Made by a program: the position numbers and the translations under genes. Shown one piece after another: positions 32,417 through 32,469 of a stretch of DNA of 32,469 nt. The notes below the pieces were generated by a model. It was not told where the DNA came from. It worked only from the letters and a program-made list of their open reading frames with translations, and ran no database searches. Source of the DNA: Octopus bimaculoides (taxonomy: Eukaryota). The stretch lies in assembly GCF_001194135.2 (NCBI RefSeq), contig NC_068982.1, positions 175,244,357 through 175,276,825 of the forward strand, written 5' to 3'. Position 1 is the first letter of the stretch. Every line of letters begins with the position of its first letter.

Positions 32417-32469
<53 letters not shown>

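Overview
AT-rich, microsatellite-dense metazoan DNA that looks intronic or intergenic. It has 8 assembly gaps, most of them next to simple repeats: 202-211, 774-1229, 4339-4348, 10114-10759, 11830-12146, 20477-20515, 21259-21857 and 24081-24433. The SINE families match, from recollection only, those of octopus (coleoid cephalopod) genomes; no database search was run. I found no host protein-coding gene that I can support; nearly all long ORFs in the track are artefacts of N-runs or simple repeats. The window is a layered set of mobile elements: about 20 copies of modular tRNA-derived SINEs (several with target-site duplications, TSDs), a Penelope-like element (PLE) GIY-YIG endonuclease relic split by a SINE, 3' ends of two restriction-like-endonuclease (RLE) retrotransposons (R4/Dong-like next to (TAA)n, HERO-like next to (TA)n), an RTE-like LINE tail, a 163-bp solo LTR with a perfect 5-bp TSD, a Helentron-type non-autonomous element, a hAT MITE and mariner relics. 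The main observation is five dispersed type-I hammerhead-ribozyme-like motifs of the minimal, palindromic-stem-III kind associated with PLEs (104-161, 11314-11341, 28600-28642, 29370-29404, 31631-31724). The first has a fully intact catalytic core. All protein-family calls rest on motif recognition by eye.
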